Virus record (IMG/VR): IMGVR_UViG_2974555854_000001
Coordinates: 16,799 to 80,798 of that record
DNA length: 64,000 bases
DNA from: a virus
Taxonomy: Duplodnaviria > Caudoviricetes
Strand: one strand, 5' to 3'
The notes beneath the pieces were generated by a model that ran no database searches, was not told the origin of the DNA, and saw only the letters and a list, made by a program, of their open reading frames with translations. Of this stretch, positions 19,253 to 29,684 are shown one piece after another. Position numbers and translations under genes: made by a program. Position 1 is the stretch's first letter; each line of letters starts with the position of its first letter.

Positions 19253-22200
19253 ATGGAAGGAAGATTAAAACAAACAATCAGACATCCTAAAATGGAGGTC
19301 TTAGTTGATTTTAATGGTTTGGGCCTGGATAGAATTAATGAGTGGGAGAATATCACTGATTACGTCCTAGATATTTCAGGTAGTAAAGAGAAAGCAACTG
19401 AATCCGTGGGCGGTGTTACTAGTGATATTGTTACATTTGCAACAGATAATAAAGGTAATGTATTTTCAAATACTAATCCTAAAAGCCCTTTTTACCAAAA
19501 GGTAAAGTCAAACACGAAGTTCGTATTAAAAACAGGATTCAAAGGTGAAGAATTAAAAATTTATGCTGCTGGTATCATTACTAAGTTCGCTCCTTCATGG
19601 AACGACAAAAAGTATAATGTTAGCGCTGAAGATTTCTTTTATTTGCTTAAAAATACTGATGCTCCTAAAACAGCTTATCAAGATATTTCGTTAGAAGAAC
19701 TAGTGAACGTCCTTTTGGATACAGCTGAAATTCCTTCACAAATTAATCGGATCATACCGAAAACGGAATTCAATTTTCAGTATTTTAAATTTGAAGAACC
19801 TGATTGTTTTAGTGCGTTGAAGAAGCTCATGGAGATTTCTGTCGGTCAGGCATACTTTGAGGGGCTTAATTTTGTATTTGAAACAAAGTTAGCATTGGAT
19901 TATGAATTAGATTTAACCGTGAAACACACGATTGAAGAAGATGACATTTTTACCTTTGACGAAACTGTTGAAGATTCGGATATCATCAATGCTGTTTCGA
20001 TTATCTCTAATCCTAAAACGATTTACCCTAAAGAATTAGTATTCCAAACACCTGAAAATATTGTACAAGTAAATGAAGAACCTGTTACATTTGGTACTGG
20101 AACTTCTTTTTATATCGACAATACTCACTTACCAATCATCAACAATGCTGAAAATCCTATTTCAGTTAAGAACTTGACTCAAGGCCGCACAATCAATATT
20201 AATAGCGTTGATATTAACACAGGTAAAATCACAATCCATCCTGAAAGTTTAGCTTATGTTGCTCAAGGTGACTTGTTAGTTGTTTCTTATTCTTATCAGC
20301 AGCTAGTTTTACTTCCAGGTCAAACAAGAACTTACTCACTTAGTTTGTCAGGTGAAGTACACGCTTTAACAGACGTTGATGTAGCTGTTTGGGATGCAAC
20401 AGGACAATTACCTAGAGAATACTCAACAACGCCAAATAAAGCAAATACAGTGTCGTTAAACCAATTCACTTTCAATCAAACTTCAGGTTTGGTTACTGTT
20501 GTTTTGAAAAATAATTACGCTGAAGGTATCACAATTTCTACGCTGCAATTACGTGGTAATCCAATTAAAAGTGCTAATCCTTTAGAGATTTATGTTCGTG
20601 ATCTTCCTTCTATTGACGAATACAAGAAGCAAGAATTACAAATTACGAATAACTATTTCACAAACACTAAATTAGCTCAAAAGATTGCACAATTCATTGT
20701 TGATAATCGTTCTATCACTAGAAAGAAAATCGGTGTGGATATGGATGGTTACACTGAATTAGAACTTAATGACATCGCTAAAGTAATCGAAAATGAAAGT
20801 GGAACTAACCACACATTCTATGCTGATCGTATTGATTACTCATTTTCTTCTGATGGTGGATGGTCTGCAAAAGTAACATTCACTCAAACAGAAACGGAAC
20901 AATGGGTTTATGAATCATTCAAAGGTGAATCATGGGAGAAAACAAATCCTGGAAATCCTATTGATGACTTCATTTTCGAAATCAACGCTAACATGGTTAA
21001 GAATGGTGGAGCTGAACTTCATACTGGAATTGCTGATTATGTAGATGCTGGTGCTGTTGGTTCTGCTCATTACGTTCCGGATTATTGGAGATTCACACGT
21101 TCAACAGGTAATGCTTCAGCTAGAATTCGTACCGGTGGAGAATTAGCTTTACATGCGGATCAATCTTTTGAAATTACAACATCAAATAGCGGTTCAGGTT
21201 ATTACGAACAAACATTAACAGGTGTTGTTCCTAGTAAGACTCATTCAGTATCGTTTATAGCACGTTTAGATGGGTGTAGCGGCGTTTTTATTGTTGAGCA
21301 ATACGAAGGTTCAACACTACTAAAAACTCTTTCGTATGACCTTCCTGAAGGCTTAAAAGAGTATGAATTCCAATTCGCTTCTGAATCTACAGCTGACCAA
21401 TTTATCATTAAGTTCAAAAAGAACGCTGGTACAAAAGGTTCTGAATCAATGATCTTTGACAAAGTAAAAGTTGAAGAAGCAGAAAAGGCTAGTCTTTATT
21501 TAGAAGCTAATGAAACTCAAACTGTTCAAGCTGGACAAAAGTATGATAATTCAGTTATAATCGGTAATAACTACGGTGTATCGGTTTATGATGCTAATAA
21601 TAATCAACGTGTTCGTATGGGCCAATATGCACCAGGAAAGTACGGTATGCGTATTGACAATGGAGCACTTGAAATTGTTAACGGATTATTATATGAGCAA
21701 CTAGCTACTGATGTAGGTAAGAAATTAAACATCAGTGAAAATAACGCTATCACAAGTTTAGCTACTAGTATGTCAGGGATTGACGGTGAATTAGGTACAA
21801 TTTCAGGTACAATCGAAAGCCATGCAAGCCTTATCCAGCAGAACTCTATAGCTATTTCACAAAGGGTTTTAACAACAACTTACACTACTGACAAAAACGG
21901 GATCTTACAACGTTTAAGTGATGCTGAAACTGCTATCGACCAAACCGCTGAAAACATTACACTATTAGCAACTCAAGAATCTTTTAATGAACTAGGTGAG
22001 ATCATAGAAGCTAATACAGCTGCGATAAATGTGAATGCTCAAGCTATTACTCAACGAGTTACAACATCAACATTCAATCAGGCTATTACTGACACAAAAA
22101 AGTATGCTGATGATTCTGCTACTGCTAAAGCTGGTACTGCTGAAGCAAATGCTAAAGCTGCTTCTGAAAAGAACATTTGGATCGGAACATCAGCACCTAC

Positions 22201-25123
22201 AGATACAACTAGAAAATGGTTAGATACAAATACAACTATTCCTATCTTGAAGTATTATACAGGTGGTGCATGGAAGAAACTGATCCCAACAGCTGCTTCA
22301 GAAGTCGGTGCTGAAACGCCAACAGGAGCACAAACTAAAGCAACAGCAGCAGAAAAGAACGCTAAAGATTATATGGATGGAATGAACGCAACTATCCAGG
22401 AGCAATTTACAGCTCAATCTTCTAGTATTAGTGTGCTTGCAGGGAAGATCGATAGCAAAGTTGAATCGACAACTTACACTCAAGGTATCGCTGATGCTAA
22501 ATCTTATGCTGATGGTAAAGCTGCTACTGCTGAATCGAACGCTAAAGGTTACGCTGATGGTAAAGATGCTGTAATCGTTGAACGTGTCGAAACAAATGAA
22601 TCATTAATCAGTCAACAAGCGGATAAAATTCTTTCTATGGTTACTAAAACTGAATTCAACAGTTTAAAAATCGGTGGTCAGAACAAAGTAACCGGAACTG
22701 ATCTTAAAGATATTTCAGGGTGGACTAGATGGAATGTTGGTACGCTTACATTAGGTACAGCTGATTCAAGTATTCCTAAGAACTATCTGAAAGTTGAAAC
22801 GAAAGATGCTTCAGGTAATAACTTAACTGTTGCAAGTGGTCAAGCGATTGGCATTCAGCATAGTGGACGTACTTTTAAAGTTATTGCTGGTCAAAAGTAT
22901 ACAGCTTCTATGATAATCGCTACTAGTGAATTAGGTGGTATATTAGATTACCTTTACATGATTCATAAAGATGGACAAGGTAACATGAGATTGAATAACG
23001 TTGATACAAGTCAGTTTGTAACTATTCATCCTGCTTATAGCGGCGCTCCTTCTTCTTATGATTTCAAACTAGTCTACTTCACATTTACAGCAGATCGTAC
23101 AGATGATGTTTACTTGCTAATCGGTGGTACAACAAAGAGAGCTTTAGGTTCTACTGCTTATGCCTGGATTCGTTTTTATGACTTCAAGGTTGAAGATGGC
23201 GATAAAGCTACTGCTTGGACTCCTTCAACGGAAGATGTTAAACAAGATATCAGCACTTTGTCTACTGCAATCAAACAAACAGCTGAAGATATTGAACTTA
23301 ATGTAGTTAAAAACAATAAAGTGTTAACATCTATCAATGCTTCTTCTGAAGGTGTTAAGATTAAAGCTGATCGACTTGATATCACTGGATTAGTAACGTT
23401 TAACGTTCTTAATTCCGATATGCAAAGTAGAATCTCCAATGCGGATCAAGCTTATGCTGATACTGCTAGATGGAAGTTACCAAACACAACTTTAATCAAT
23501 GGTGGCTTAATTGCTGCTGATACAGTAACCGCTAGTCAGATTTTAGTTGGATCGTGGGAAAACTTATTCCAAAATGGTAACTTCGAAAAGAAAACCGCTG
23601 GATGGAAAGATGCTTCTGCTTGGTCAGTAGTTAATTCACCTAATACAGCTTATAACGGAAATTATCATGCTAAAGGTACGTGGGGTTCTTCTTCTTCAAT
23701 CAGTTACTATGATGACCGTGAAATAACGGTTCGTGGTGGAGAAACTTATTACTTTGAAGGTTATTTCCGTACTGATATAGCAACAACGACTCCTACTCGT
23801 ACAATGTTAATCCTGATGAACGATAAATTAGGGAACAGAACTTATATTATCAAAGAGGAAACGTTAACTACTTCCTGGAAGAAGTTTTCTTACACTTTTG
23901 ACATTCCTTCAGATATTGTTTCAATTCAGATCGGATTAAGTGTTAAAAGTGGTCAACCTTCAGGATACGCTACTTATGTAGATAACTTATTCTGCAAAAA
24001 GATGGTTGATGGATCGTTAATCGTTGATGGTTCTATTACAGCAAGTATGATTAAATCACTTAATGGCCTGAATGTTGGTGGAGGTCAATTCGTAGTCGAT
24101 GGAACAGGAAATGTTGTAATCGGTGCTGGCGCAACGTTAAAAGCTGCTAAATTCGAAGGTCTAAGAGGTAACACTATCTCTTTCGGTGATTATGGAGCTA
24201 AGATTGATACATCTATCGCTGGTGTTATCAAACGTACGCGTTTTGCGACAAACGACAGCACATATTTAGCCATTGATGATGATGGACGTTTCAACTTCGT
24301 TACAAACACAAACTTCGATTGTTATGTAGCTCCTGCAAGTGGCGGCCACTACGTACTTAAACTAGGTTCTGCTATGATTAAAGGTTTAGGTACAGGTGGG
24401 ACGATGCAAGTTCGAAACTATGATGATAGCTTGTATGGTGATTTAGCTGCTAAAGATTTGACTGCAACCGGAAACCTAGATGTTTGGGGTAGAGGAACAT
24501 TAAAAGGTACTGATCTAACTATCCAGGGAACAACAGGTGGTATGCTTAAATTGAAAGGTTCTCCATACGCATACACTGAATTCTATGCTAACGGAACACA
24601 AGTTGGATTCATTGGTTTAGAAGCAGCTTCAGGTCAAAATAACGTGATGCTTCAGAATAATAACGGTGGAGAAGTATTGATTAAAACTGCTGCTGTTCGT
24701 GTTAAATTTGACCGATCTGTTGGGCAAGTTGTTTTCAAAGATCAAAACGATAATGGTTACGTCAATGTTGTCGGTAAAGAATTTGTTCCTAACTCTTTAA
24801 GAGAACGTAAAAAAGATATTAAACCTTTCACATTGACATCTACAGGAAAGACAGCTTTAGAAGAACTTTGTGAGACAACAATATTTAATTACCGTTTCCT
24901 TGAAGAAACAGACGTTGATCCGCTAAGAATGGGTTTAATTTACGATTCAGCACCTTTTGAAGTTGTTGATATCACTGGACAAGGTATCAGTTTGTACGGT
25001 ATGGCTGCATTTAATTTCCAGGCTACAAAAGAATTAAACGCCAAACTTGAAGAAAAAATTAATGTTTTAGAAACAACTATTGATTCTTTAGCTGCTAGAA
25101 TCGCTGTTTTAGAAGGTAAATAA
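19253..25123 (+). CDS. Tail tip/central fibre (Tal-RBP) with CBM-like domains and C-terminal peptidase-S74-like chaperone
   Basis: 1956 aa. N-terminal hub domain, NL..NGNFE carbohydrate-binding modules, coiled-coil stretches, C-terminal S.RERKKDIK...GLIY...coiled coil. Confidence 0.8.
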   Translation: MEGRLKQTIRHPKMEVLVDFNGLGLDRINEWENITDYVLDISGSKEKATESVGGVTSDIVTFATDNKGNVFSNTNPKSPFYQKVKSNTKFVLKTGFKGEELKIYAAGIITKFAPSWNDKKYNVSAEDFFYLLKNTDAPKTAYQDISLEELVNVLLDTAEIPSQINRIIPKTEFNFQYFKFEEPDCFSALKKLMEISVGQAYFEGLNFVFETKLALDYELDLTVKHTIEEDDIFTFDETVEDSDIINAVSIISNPKTIYPKELVFQTPENIVQVNEEPVTFGTGTSFYIDNTHLPIINNAENPISVKNLTQGRTININSVDINTGKITIHPESLAYVAQGDLLVVSYSYQQLVLLPGQTRTYSLSLSGEVHALTDVDVAVWDATGQLPREYSTTPNKANTVSLNQFTFNQTSGLVTVVLKNNYAEGITISTLQLRGNPIKSANPLEIYVRDLPSIDEYKKQELQITNNYFTNTKLAQKIAQFIVDNRSITRKKIGVDMDGYTELELNDIAKVIENESGTNHTFYADRIDYSFSSDGGWSAKVTFTQTETEQWVYESFKGESWEKTNPGNPIDDFIFEINANMVKNGGAELHTGIADYVDAGAVGSAHYVPDYWRFTRSTGNASARIRTGGELALHADQSFEITTSNSGSGYYEQTLTGVVPSKTHSVSFIARLDGCSGVFIVEQYEGSTLLKTLSYDLPEGLKEYEFQFASESTADQFIIKFKKNAGTKGSESMIFDKVKVEEAEKASLYLEANETQTVQAGQKYDNSVIIGNNYGVSVYDANNNQRVRMGQYAPGKYGMRIDNGALEIVNGLLYEQLATDVGKKLNISENNAITSLATSMSGIDGELGTISGTIESHASLIQQNSIAISQRVLTTTYTTDKNGILQRLSDAETAIDQTAENITLLATQESFNELGEIIEANTAAINVNAQAITQRVTTSTFNQAITDTKKYADDSATAKAGTAEANAKAASEKNIWIGTSAPTDTTRKWLDTNTTIPILKYYTGGAWKKLIPTAASEVGAETPTGAQTKATAAEKNAKDYMDGMNATIQEQFTAQSSSISVLAGKIDSKVESTTYTQGIADAKSYADGKAATAESNAKGYADGKDAVIVERVETNESLISQQADKILSMVTKTEFNSLKIGGQNKVTGTDLKDISGWTRWNVGTLTLGTADSSIPKNYLKVETKDASGNNLTVASGQAIGIQHSGRTFKVIAGQKYTASMIIATSELGGILDYLYMIHKDGQGNMRLNNVDTSQFVTIHPAYSGAPSSYDFKLVYFTFTADRTDDVYLLIGGTTKRALGSTAYAWIRFYDFKVEDGDKATAWTPSTEDVKQDISTLSTAIKQTAEDIELNVVKNNKVLTSINASSEGVKIKADRLDITGLVTFNVLNSDMQSRISNADQAYADTARWKLPNTTLINGGLIAADTVTASQILVGSWENLFQNGNFEKKTAGWKDASAWSVVNSPNTAYNGNYHAKGTWGSSSSISYYDDREITVRGGETYYFEGYFRTDIATTTPTRTMLILMNDKLGNRTYIIKEETLTTSWKKFSYTFDIPSDIVSIQIGLSVKSGQPSGYATYVDNLFCKKMVDGSLIVDGSITASMIKSLNGLNVGGGQFVVDGTGNVVIGAGATLKAAKFEGLRGNTISFGDYGAKIDTSIAGVIKRTRFATNDSTYLAIDDDGRFNFVTNTNFDCYVAPASGGHYVLKLGSAMIKGLGTGGTMQVRNYDDSLYGDLAAKDLTATGNLDVWGRGTLKGTDLTIQGTTGGMLKLKGSPYAYTEFYANGTQVGFIGLEAASGQNNVMLQNNNGGEVLIKTAAVRVKFDRSVGQVVFKDQNDNGYVNVVGKEFVPNSLRERKKDIKPFTLTSTGKTALEELCETTIFNYRFLEETDVDPLRMGLIYDSAPFEVVDITGQGISLYGMAAFNFQATKELNAKLEEKINVLETTIDSLAARIAVLEGK

Positions 25124-25174
25124 GATCAAGGTAAAAATTGGGATGGTTTTTATAACCATTCCTTTCTTTTTTGT

Positions 25175-25204
25175 GAGATTTTGTATTTTAATATCTGTAT
25201 TAAT
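25175..25204 (+). promoter_or_regulatory. Putative late promoter GAGA-N19-TATTAAT (copy 5, lysis operon)
   Basis: Exact motif just after the terminator of the tail tip gene. Confidence 0.65.
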
Positions 25205-25227
25205 GGTACATGAGACAATTTTAGGAG

Positions 25228-25413
25228 GTGTTCGGAATGGACAAACAACAATTACAACCAACATTTGAAGATGTGGTTAAAGAATTAAAGGCTAGAATCG
25301 GTGATTTAGAAGTAGAAAAAGCTATTGCTGTTTCTGCAAACGCTAAAAAAGATGCTTATATCGCTGAATTAGAAGCTAAATTACCTCAAGAAGAACCAAA
25401 AGAAGAAAAATAA
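25228..25413 (+). CDS. Small coiled-coil protein
   Basis: 61 aa, RBS GGAGG with GTG start. Confidence 0.65.
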   Translation: MFGMDKQQLQPTFEDVVKELKARIGDLEVEKAIAVSANAKKDAYIAELEAKLPQEEPKEEK

Positions 25414-25426
25414 GGAGTGAAAACAG

Positions 25427-25876
25427 ATGGTTTCTGAAATCACTAAGACCGCTTCAGAATTAGCTGGTTCACAGTTTGTTTTCGGAATCCTTTTCATTCT
25501 TCTTTTGGTTGCTGTTTTGTGGAGTGTTCATAAAGCTTTTACTCAAGTGCAACAGAATAATATCGCTCAAGGAAATAAAATGGACGATATGCACTTACAA
25601 CGACAAGCTCAACTAATGGAAATATTACAAGAAAACAAGTCCGAAAGCAAAGAACGCGAAGAAAAGTTATATGCAGAACGAGAAAAACTAGTTCTAACTA
25701 TTGATCGTTATAATGACCAATTAGAAGCTATCAGCGATACACAAGCGAATACAAACGAAACACTCACAAAAATGCAGGACAACTTAGAGAATCTTCAGTC
25801 AAGTTTTACTGAAATGAATTACAGTGTAAGGGTATTGAATGATCGTGTAGATCGTATTGAACGAAAAAAGGATTAA
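25427..25876 (+). CDS. Holin-like protein (one TM helix plus coiled coil, BhlA-like)
   Basis: TM segment FVFGILFILLLVAVLWSV; lies before the endolysin. Confidence 0.6.
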   Translation: MVSEITKTASELAGSQFVFGILFILLLVAVLWSVHKAFTQVQQNNIAQGNKMDDMHLQRQAQLMEILQENKSESKEREEKLYAEREKLVLTIDRYNDQLEAISDTQANTNETLTKMQDNLENLQSSFTEMNYSVRVLNDRVDRIERKKD

Positions 25877-25879
25877 GGA

Positions 25880-27067
25880 GTGGTAAATATGGCTTATTCA
25901 TTAGATGATTTATTGAAGAAAGCGCAACCCAAATTAGAAGGTGTTCATCCATCGGTTCAGGCATGTGCTCTACAATTAATTACAAAAGCTTATGCTAAAG
26001 GTTATAAATTGATTATCACACAAGGACTTCGTACAATCGCTGAACAAAACAAGTTATATGCAAAGGGCCGCACAACAGCACAATTAAGAGCTGTAGGAAT
26101 CACTGGAATCGCTGGTAATCCTTCTGCTGCAATTGTTACTCGTGCAAAAGGCGGTACATCTTATCATAACTACGGTTTAGCTTTTGACATCGGTATTTTA
26201 CGAACAGATGAAAAAGATGTTGATTGGACTGATTCAAAATATCGTCCTATCGGTGCTTTAGGAAAGGAATTAGGTTTAGAATGGGGTGGAGATTTCAAAT
26301 CAATTAAAGATACTCCACACTATCAATTATCTTTCGGCCTTTCTATTGCTGATCTTCAAGCCGGTAAACGTCCAAAAGGTTCAACTGTTTCTGTTCATCC
26401 AGGAGTTCAAGTTGTTAAATTGGGTTCTGAAGGCGCATTAGTTAAAGATGTACAAATCAAACTTAATAAATTAGGTTTTGATTGTGGTGATCCGGATGGA
26501 ATCGCCGGTAAGAAAACTGTAGCTGCTATCGAAGACTTCCAGGCTAAATTTGGTCTTTCTAAAGATGGAATTGCTGGACGTGACACTTTAGCGAAACTAA
26601 ACGAATTAGCTGCTGAAAAAGCTGAAGAAGTTAAAGAAGAAGCTGAAAAGAAAGATTTACCTAAAGTTGAATCGTTCGGCGGTACTCCAATTCGTGTAAC
26701 TACTATCACTGATGCAGGAGTTTATGCACACGCTGACATTTCCGGAAAGTCTCGTACAATCAAAAAAGGTACAACTTTTAGAGTATATGGAAACACTTAT
26801 GCAGCATGGGCCGTTAATGATGGTTTTGTTCAAATGAAAGATGTTGAACCTCAACCAATGACAATTCATACCGGCGGCGTTAACATCGCTATGCAAACTG
26901 AATTGAAGCGTTTTATGTCAGGTCTTAACAAAGATACTGTATTAATCTTCAAATCAGAAGGTGGTAATCCTTACGCTGAAATTACTGCTAAAGGCTTAGT
27001 TTTAGTTGAGATTCTTCGTTACCTAAAAGCTAACAAATGGTATTACAAAGAAGCTCCAAAAGCTTAA
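25880..27067 (+). CDS. Endolysin: M15 L-Ala-D-Glu peptidase, peptidoglycan-binding domain and C-terminal binding domain
   Basis: GLRT.AEQ, SYHNYGLAFD and WGGDF...D.PHYQ motifs; PG_binding_1 motif DGIAGKKT...FQ...GL..DGIAG. Confidence 0.9.
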   Translation: MVNMAYSLDDLLKKAQPKLEGVHPSVQACALQLITKAYAKGYKLIITQGLRTIAEQNKLYAKGRTTAQLRAVGITGIAGNPSAAIVTRAKGGTSYHNYGLAFDIGILRTDEKDVDWTDSKYRPIGALGKELGLEWGGDFKSIKDTPHYQLSFGLSIADLQAGKRPKGSTVSVHPGVQVVKLGSEGALVKDVQIKLNKLGFDCGDPDGIAGKKTVAAIEDFQAKFGLSKDGIAGRDTLAKLNELAAEKAEEVKEEAEKKDLPKVESFGGTPIRVTTITDAGVYAHADISGKSRTIKKGTTFRVYGNTYAAWAVNDGFVQMKDVEPQPMTIHTGGVNIAMQTELKRFMSGLNKDTVLIFKSEGGNPYAEITAKGLVLVEILRYLKANKWYYKEAPKA

Positions 27068-27077
27068 TTTCTAGGAG

Positions 27078-27347
27078 GTGATACAGATGGACAAAGGTAC
27101 TTTAATTCGCACGGTGCTTTTAGTAGTGGCCCTGATTAACCAAACGTTAATTATGGTGGGTAAACCTGTTTTACCTGTTGATGAACACCAATTAACAAAC
27201 CTAATCGACAACGCTTACTTATGGGGATCGACTGCTTATTCAATCGTTATGATCCTGGTAGCGTGGTATAAGAATAATTTCGTTACTAAGAAAGGTAAGG
27301 CTCAAAAAGAAGTTCTGAAGAAGCACGGTCTTACTAAAGCAAAATAA
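27078..27347 (+). CDS. SPP1-family holin
   Basis: MDKGTLIRTVLLVVALINQTL...AWYKNNFVT signature. Confidence 0.88.
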   Translation: MIQMDKGTLIRTVLLVVALINQTLIMVGKPVLPVDEHQLTNLIDNAYLWGSTAYSIVMILVAWYKNNFVTKKGKAQKEVLKKHGLTKAK

Positions 27348-27376
27348 AAAAAGGAGGGCATAATAGCCTTCCTTTT
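27346..27376. terminator. Bidirectional terminator between the convergent arms
   Basis: AAAAAAAGGAGGGC-ATAATA-GCCTTCCTTTT. Confidence 0.75.
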
Positions 27377-27508
27377 ATTTGTATTTGTATGAAAGTAATT
27401 TCATCGCTGTTCTTTTGAATCTTAATTTCCACACTCTTTTCCAGTAAAAAGGACTCAATTTGTTTAGCTGCTTTAACAAGATGTTCATAACAAACCTCCT
27501 TGAGCTTA

Positions 27509-28054
27509 TTATATCCTAACAAACCGGTTATAATCCATCATCGGAAAGATATGATATTCAATCTTATTCGCTTCAATCATTTCTGCTAAAAATCCAGCTA
27601 TATCATTTCCGATAACATTGCAATATCCATCTTTCAGGAAGTTATCGAACATTTTATCTACAACTAGCTTTTTGCGTTTTGTTTCCATTTCTTCTTTCCT
27701 CATTAGAAAGTATTCAGCGGCATGTCCACTTAATTTAATTCCCTGATCCGTACGTTCAACTTCAGGAGCTTTAAATTGTTTATTTTGGAATTCTTCGATC
27801 CTTCCTTGCAATTCATATAACCTTTCTTGCAAATTATTGAAATTAGCGCCAAAAATATCAGCAATTTTGATGCAATCTACAACTGATACGTTCACGGCTT
27901 CGAAATAGCCTTCTGAAGACTTATGATAACCTTGAGAGTAATTGTATTCCGATATGGTGAAAAGACCATTAGACTGCAATCTGAAGCTAAGAAAATCACG
28001 CTTTGAACTCCTTTCGATGGAAGCTCCTGGAAAAGTTGTAATTCTTTTGTTCAT
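27509..28054 (-). CDS. Hypothetical protein
   Basis: 181 aa, RBS GGGGG. Confidence 0.65.
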   Translation of the reverse strand: MNKRITTFPGASIERSSKRDFLSFRLQSNGLFTISEYNYSQGYHKSSEGYFEAVNVSVVDCIKIADIFGANFNNLQERLYELQGRIEEFQNKQFKAPEVERTDQGIKLSGHAAEYFLMRKEEMETKRKKLVVDKMFDNFLKDGYCNVIGNDIAGFLAEMIEANKIEYHIFPMMDYNRFVRI

Positions 28055-28075
28055 TTGTAAATTCCCCCTATAAAA

Positions 28076-28246
28076 TTATAATGCTAAAGCTTGTCCTGCT
28101 GTAATTTTCTTCAAATGTCTAAGAACTACTTCTGTAACTTCTAAATACTCTTTATCACCAAAAATCTTGAATAATTCCATGTAGTCGTTGTAAACATCCA
28201 AAAGCCCATCAATGATTTCTTTTCTTGATAATTCTTTTTGTTCCAT
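28076..28246 (-). CDS. Small hypothetical protein (56 aa), not in the ORF track
   Basis: RBS GGAGG; MEQKELSRKEIIDGLLDVYNDYMELFKIFGDKEYLEVTEVVLRHLKKITAGQALAL; sigma-A promoter upstream. Confidence 0.7.
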   Translation of the reverse strand: MEQKELSRKEIIDGLLDVYNDYMELFKIFGDKEYLEVTEVVLRHLKKITAGQALAL

Positions 28247-28278
28247 TATAAATACCTCCTATTCAATTGGTTAACCTT

Positions 28279-28307
28279 ATTATAAATGGTAAATTCCTAT
28301 AAGTCAA
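28279..28307 (-). promoter_or_regulatory. Sigma-A promoter TTGACT-17-TATAAT containing the CTTATAGGAAT motif
   Basis: Read directly from the sequence. Confidence 0.75.
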
Positions 28308-28820
28308 TTATAATTTTGGTAAAAGCTTATTATCGATCAACCACTGAATGCCTATACCGACTGAATCACTTTCATCATCTGTTCTAAAAACTAGCGGTTT
28401 TCTACCCCAAATTCTTGATTTGTATTTCAATACTTCAGCTTCAACCTCTTCTTTCTTAGCTCTCCCATTTCCTGTAAATTCCCTTTTGAAAGATGAATTG
28501 TTTACTTCTTGGATGGGCATAACATGACTGAATACTTTTTCTACTAAACCGTGCGGCATAGCTGTCTTGTAACCACTTCCAGGTGAATAAACCCATTCTT
28601 CCTTAATTACATTGTGCGGATAGAAGTTAAATTTAAGTACATTCAGCACCGCTTCAATATGAGCTAATTTCTTTCCGAATTCCGCTACTTCATAATGACG
28701 ATTATAAACATGACCATAAGTAATTAATTTCGGTTTCTCTTTCAGATCAAACACGGCCCATCCTGTACAGTTAGGTGATGGATCAATGACGATCAGATAG
28801 CGCCAATCTCTTTCTTCCAT
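28308..28820 (-). CDS. ruvC: RuvC-like Holliday junction resolvase
   Basis: IVIDPSPNCTGWAV, acidic E in IKEE, and C-terminal DDESDSVGIG. Confidence 0.8.
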   Translation of the reverse strand: MEERDWRYLIVIDPSPNCTGWAVFDLKEKPKLITYGHVYNRHYEVAEFGKKLAHIEAVLNVLKFNFYPHNVIKEEWVYSPGSGYKTAMPHGLVEKVFSHVMPIQEVNNSSFKREFTGNGRAKKEEVEAEVLKYKSRIWGRKPLVFRTDDESDSVGIGIQWLIDNKLLPKL

Positions 28821-28879
28821 AAAAAAACACCCTTTCGTATTTTATATAAACATTAATACAAAAGAGTGTTTCCTTTTTA

Positions 28880-29308
28880 TTATTTCTTATTTTCTAAATG
28901 TATATAAATACATGGTTCTACTTTAACTTCATAACGCTCTCTGAACACTTTCAGATTATCACAAGTGATCGAAGTAGGTTTAGCTTTTTGATGACCTTGT
29001 GGCCACCTTTTAACGTCCTCTTCATCGATAAACTTCCAAATGAACCATTCGCTCAATGGATTTTCTATATCATTATCATCTGAATGATGGTCATACCAAA
29101 CGCTTTCTAGGAATATTTTTAACTCACGCTCATTTTTAAAAACATAAGCCATATCCATATCATCTTTATTGTAAGCAAAGAAAGGACTAATGTACTTGAA
29201 ATCGCCACCGAACCACGATTCAAAGTGTCTAACTAAATCTTTGTAATTTTCAATTAACCCACATTCTAATACTGTTTCACTCATGCTCTCGACAACTCCT
29301 TTATCCAT
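28880..29308 (-). CDS. Hypothetical protein
   Basis: 142-aa ORF in a tightly packed operon. Confidence 0.55.
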   Translation of the reverse strand: MDKGVVESMSETVLECGLIENYKDLVRHFESWFGGDFKYISPFFAYNKDDMDMAYVFKNERELKIFLESVWYDHHSDDNDIENPLSEWFIWKFIDEEDVKRWPQGHQKAKPTSITCDNLKVFRERYEVKVEPCIYIHLENKK

Positions 29309-29664
29309 CCTGCTCCTTTAAGGTTCTCTAACCAAACGTCATCTTTTGTATCCATAGCTAAATCAATGAACATTCGGCGTAAACCTTCAGCACCAAATTC
29401 ATCCAGGTTTGAATCTCTTCTTCCTTTACGTTGATCCCAAAAATCAATGCGATACAATGTAAACGAATTAACTGAATGTTTTAACGGTGGTTCGAATTCT
29501 CTCATAAAGCTATTCGTTTCTAAATCATATCTAGTATGGATTTCAAAGGAAATTCTATCGCTTGATACTGCTGTAATTGTACATCTGAACAACTTCTTCT
29601 CTTCAAGCTCCACATACCTAATTACATCACCAACAGCAAAGTCATTGAAATTTAATTCTCCCAC
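29281..29664 (-). CDS. Hypothetical protein
   Basis: 127 aa, RBS GGGGG. Confidence 0.6.
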   Translation of the reverse strand: MGELNFNDFAVGDVIRYVELEEKKLFRCTITAVSSDRISFEIHTRYDLETNSFMREFEPPLKHSVNSFTLYRIDFWDQRKGRRDSNLDEFGAEGLRRMFIDLAMDTKDDVWLENLKGAGWIKELSRA

Positions 29665-29684
29665 TTTAAAACCCCCTTTTAATT

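Noticed and set aside
13016-23439. Numerous antisense or alternative-frame ORFs in the track inside the tape measure and tail tip genes (e.g. 13016-13492, 13925-14212, 21241-21462)
   Set aside because: They lie wholly within long genuine genes, lack RBSs and show shadow-ORF composition.
27334-27522. 62-aa minus-strand ORF in the track
   Set aside because: It runs through the bidirectional terminator into the holin end and has no clear RBS; probably spurious.
28849-28890. TATTAAT boxes upstream of ruvC (and of the PAPS-reductase-like gene at about 52730) as extra late promoters
   Set aside because: No GAGA at the 19-bp spacing, so they are not counted in the consensus.
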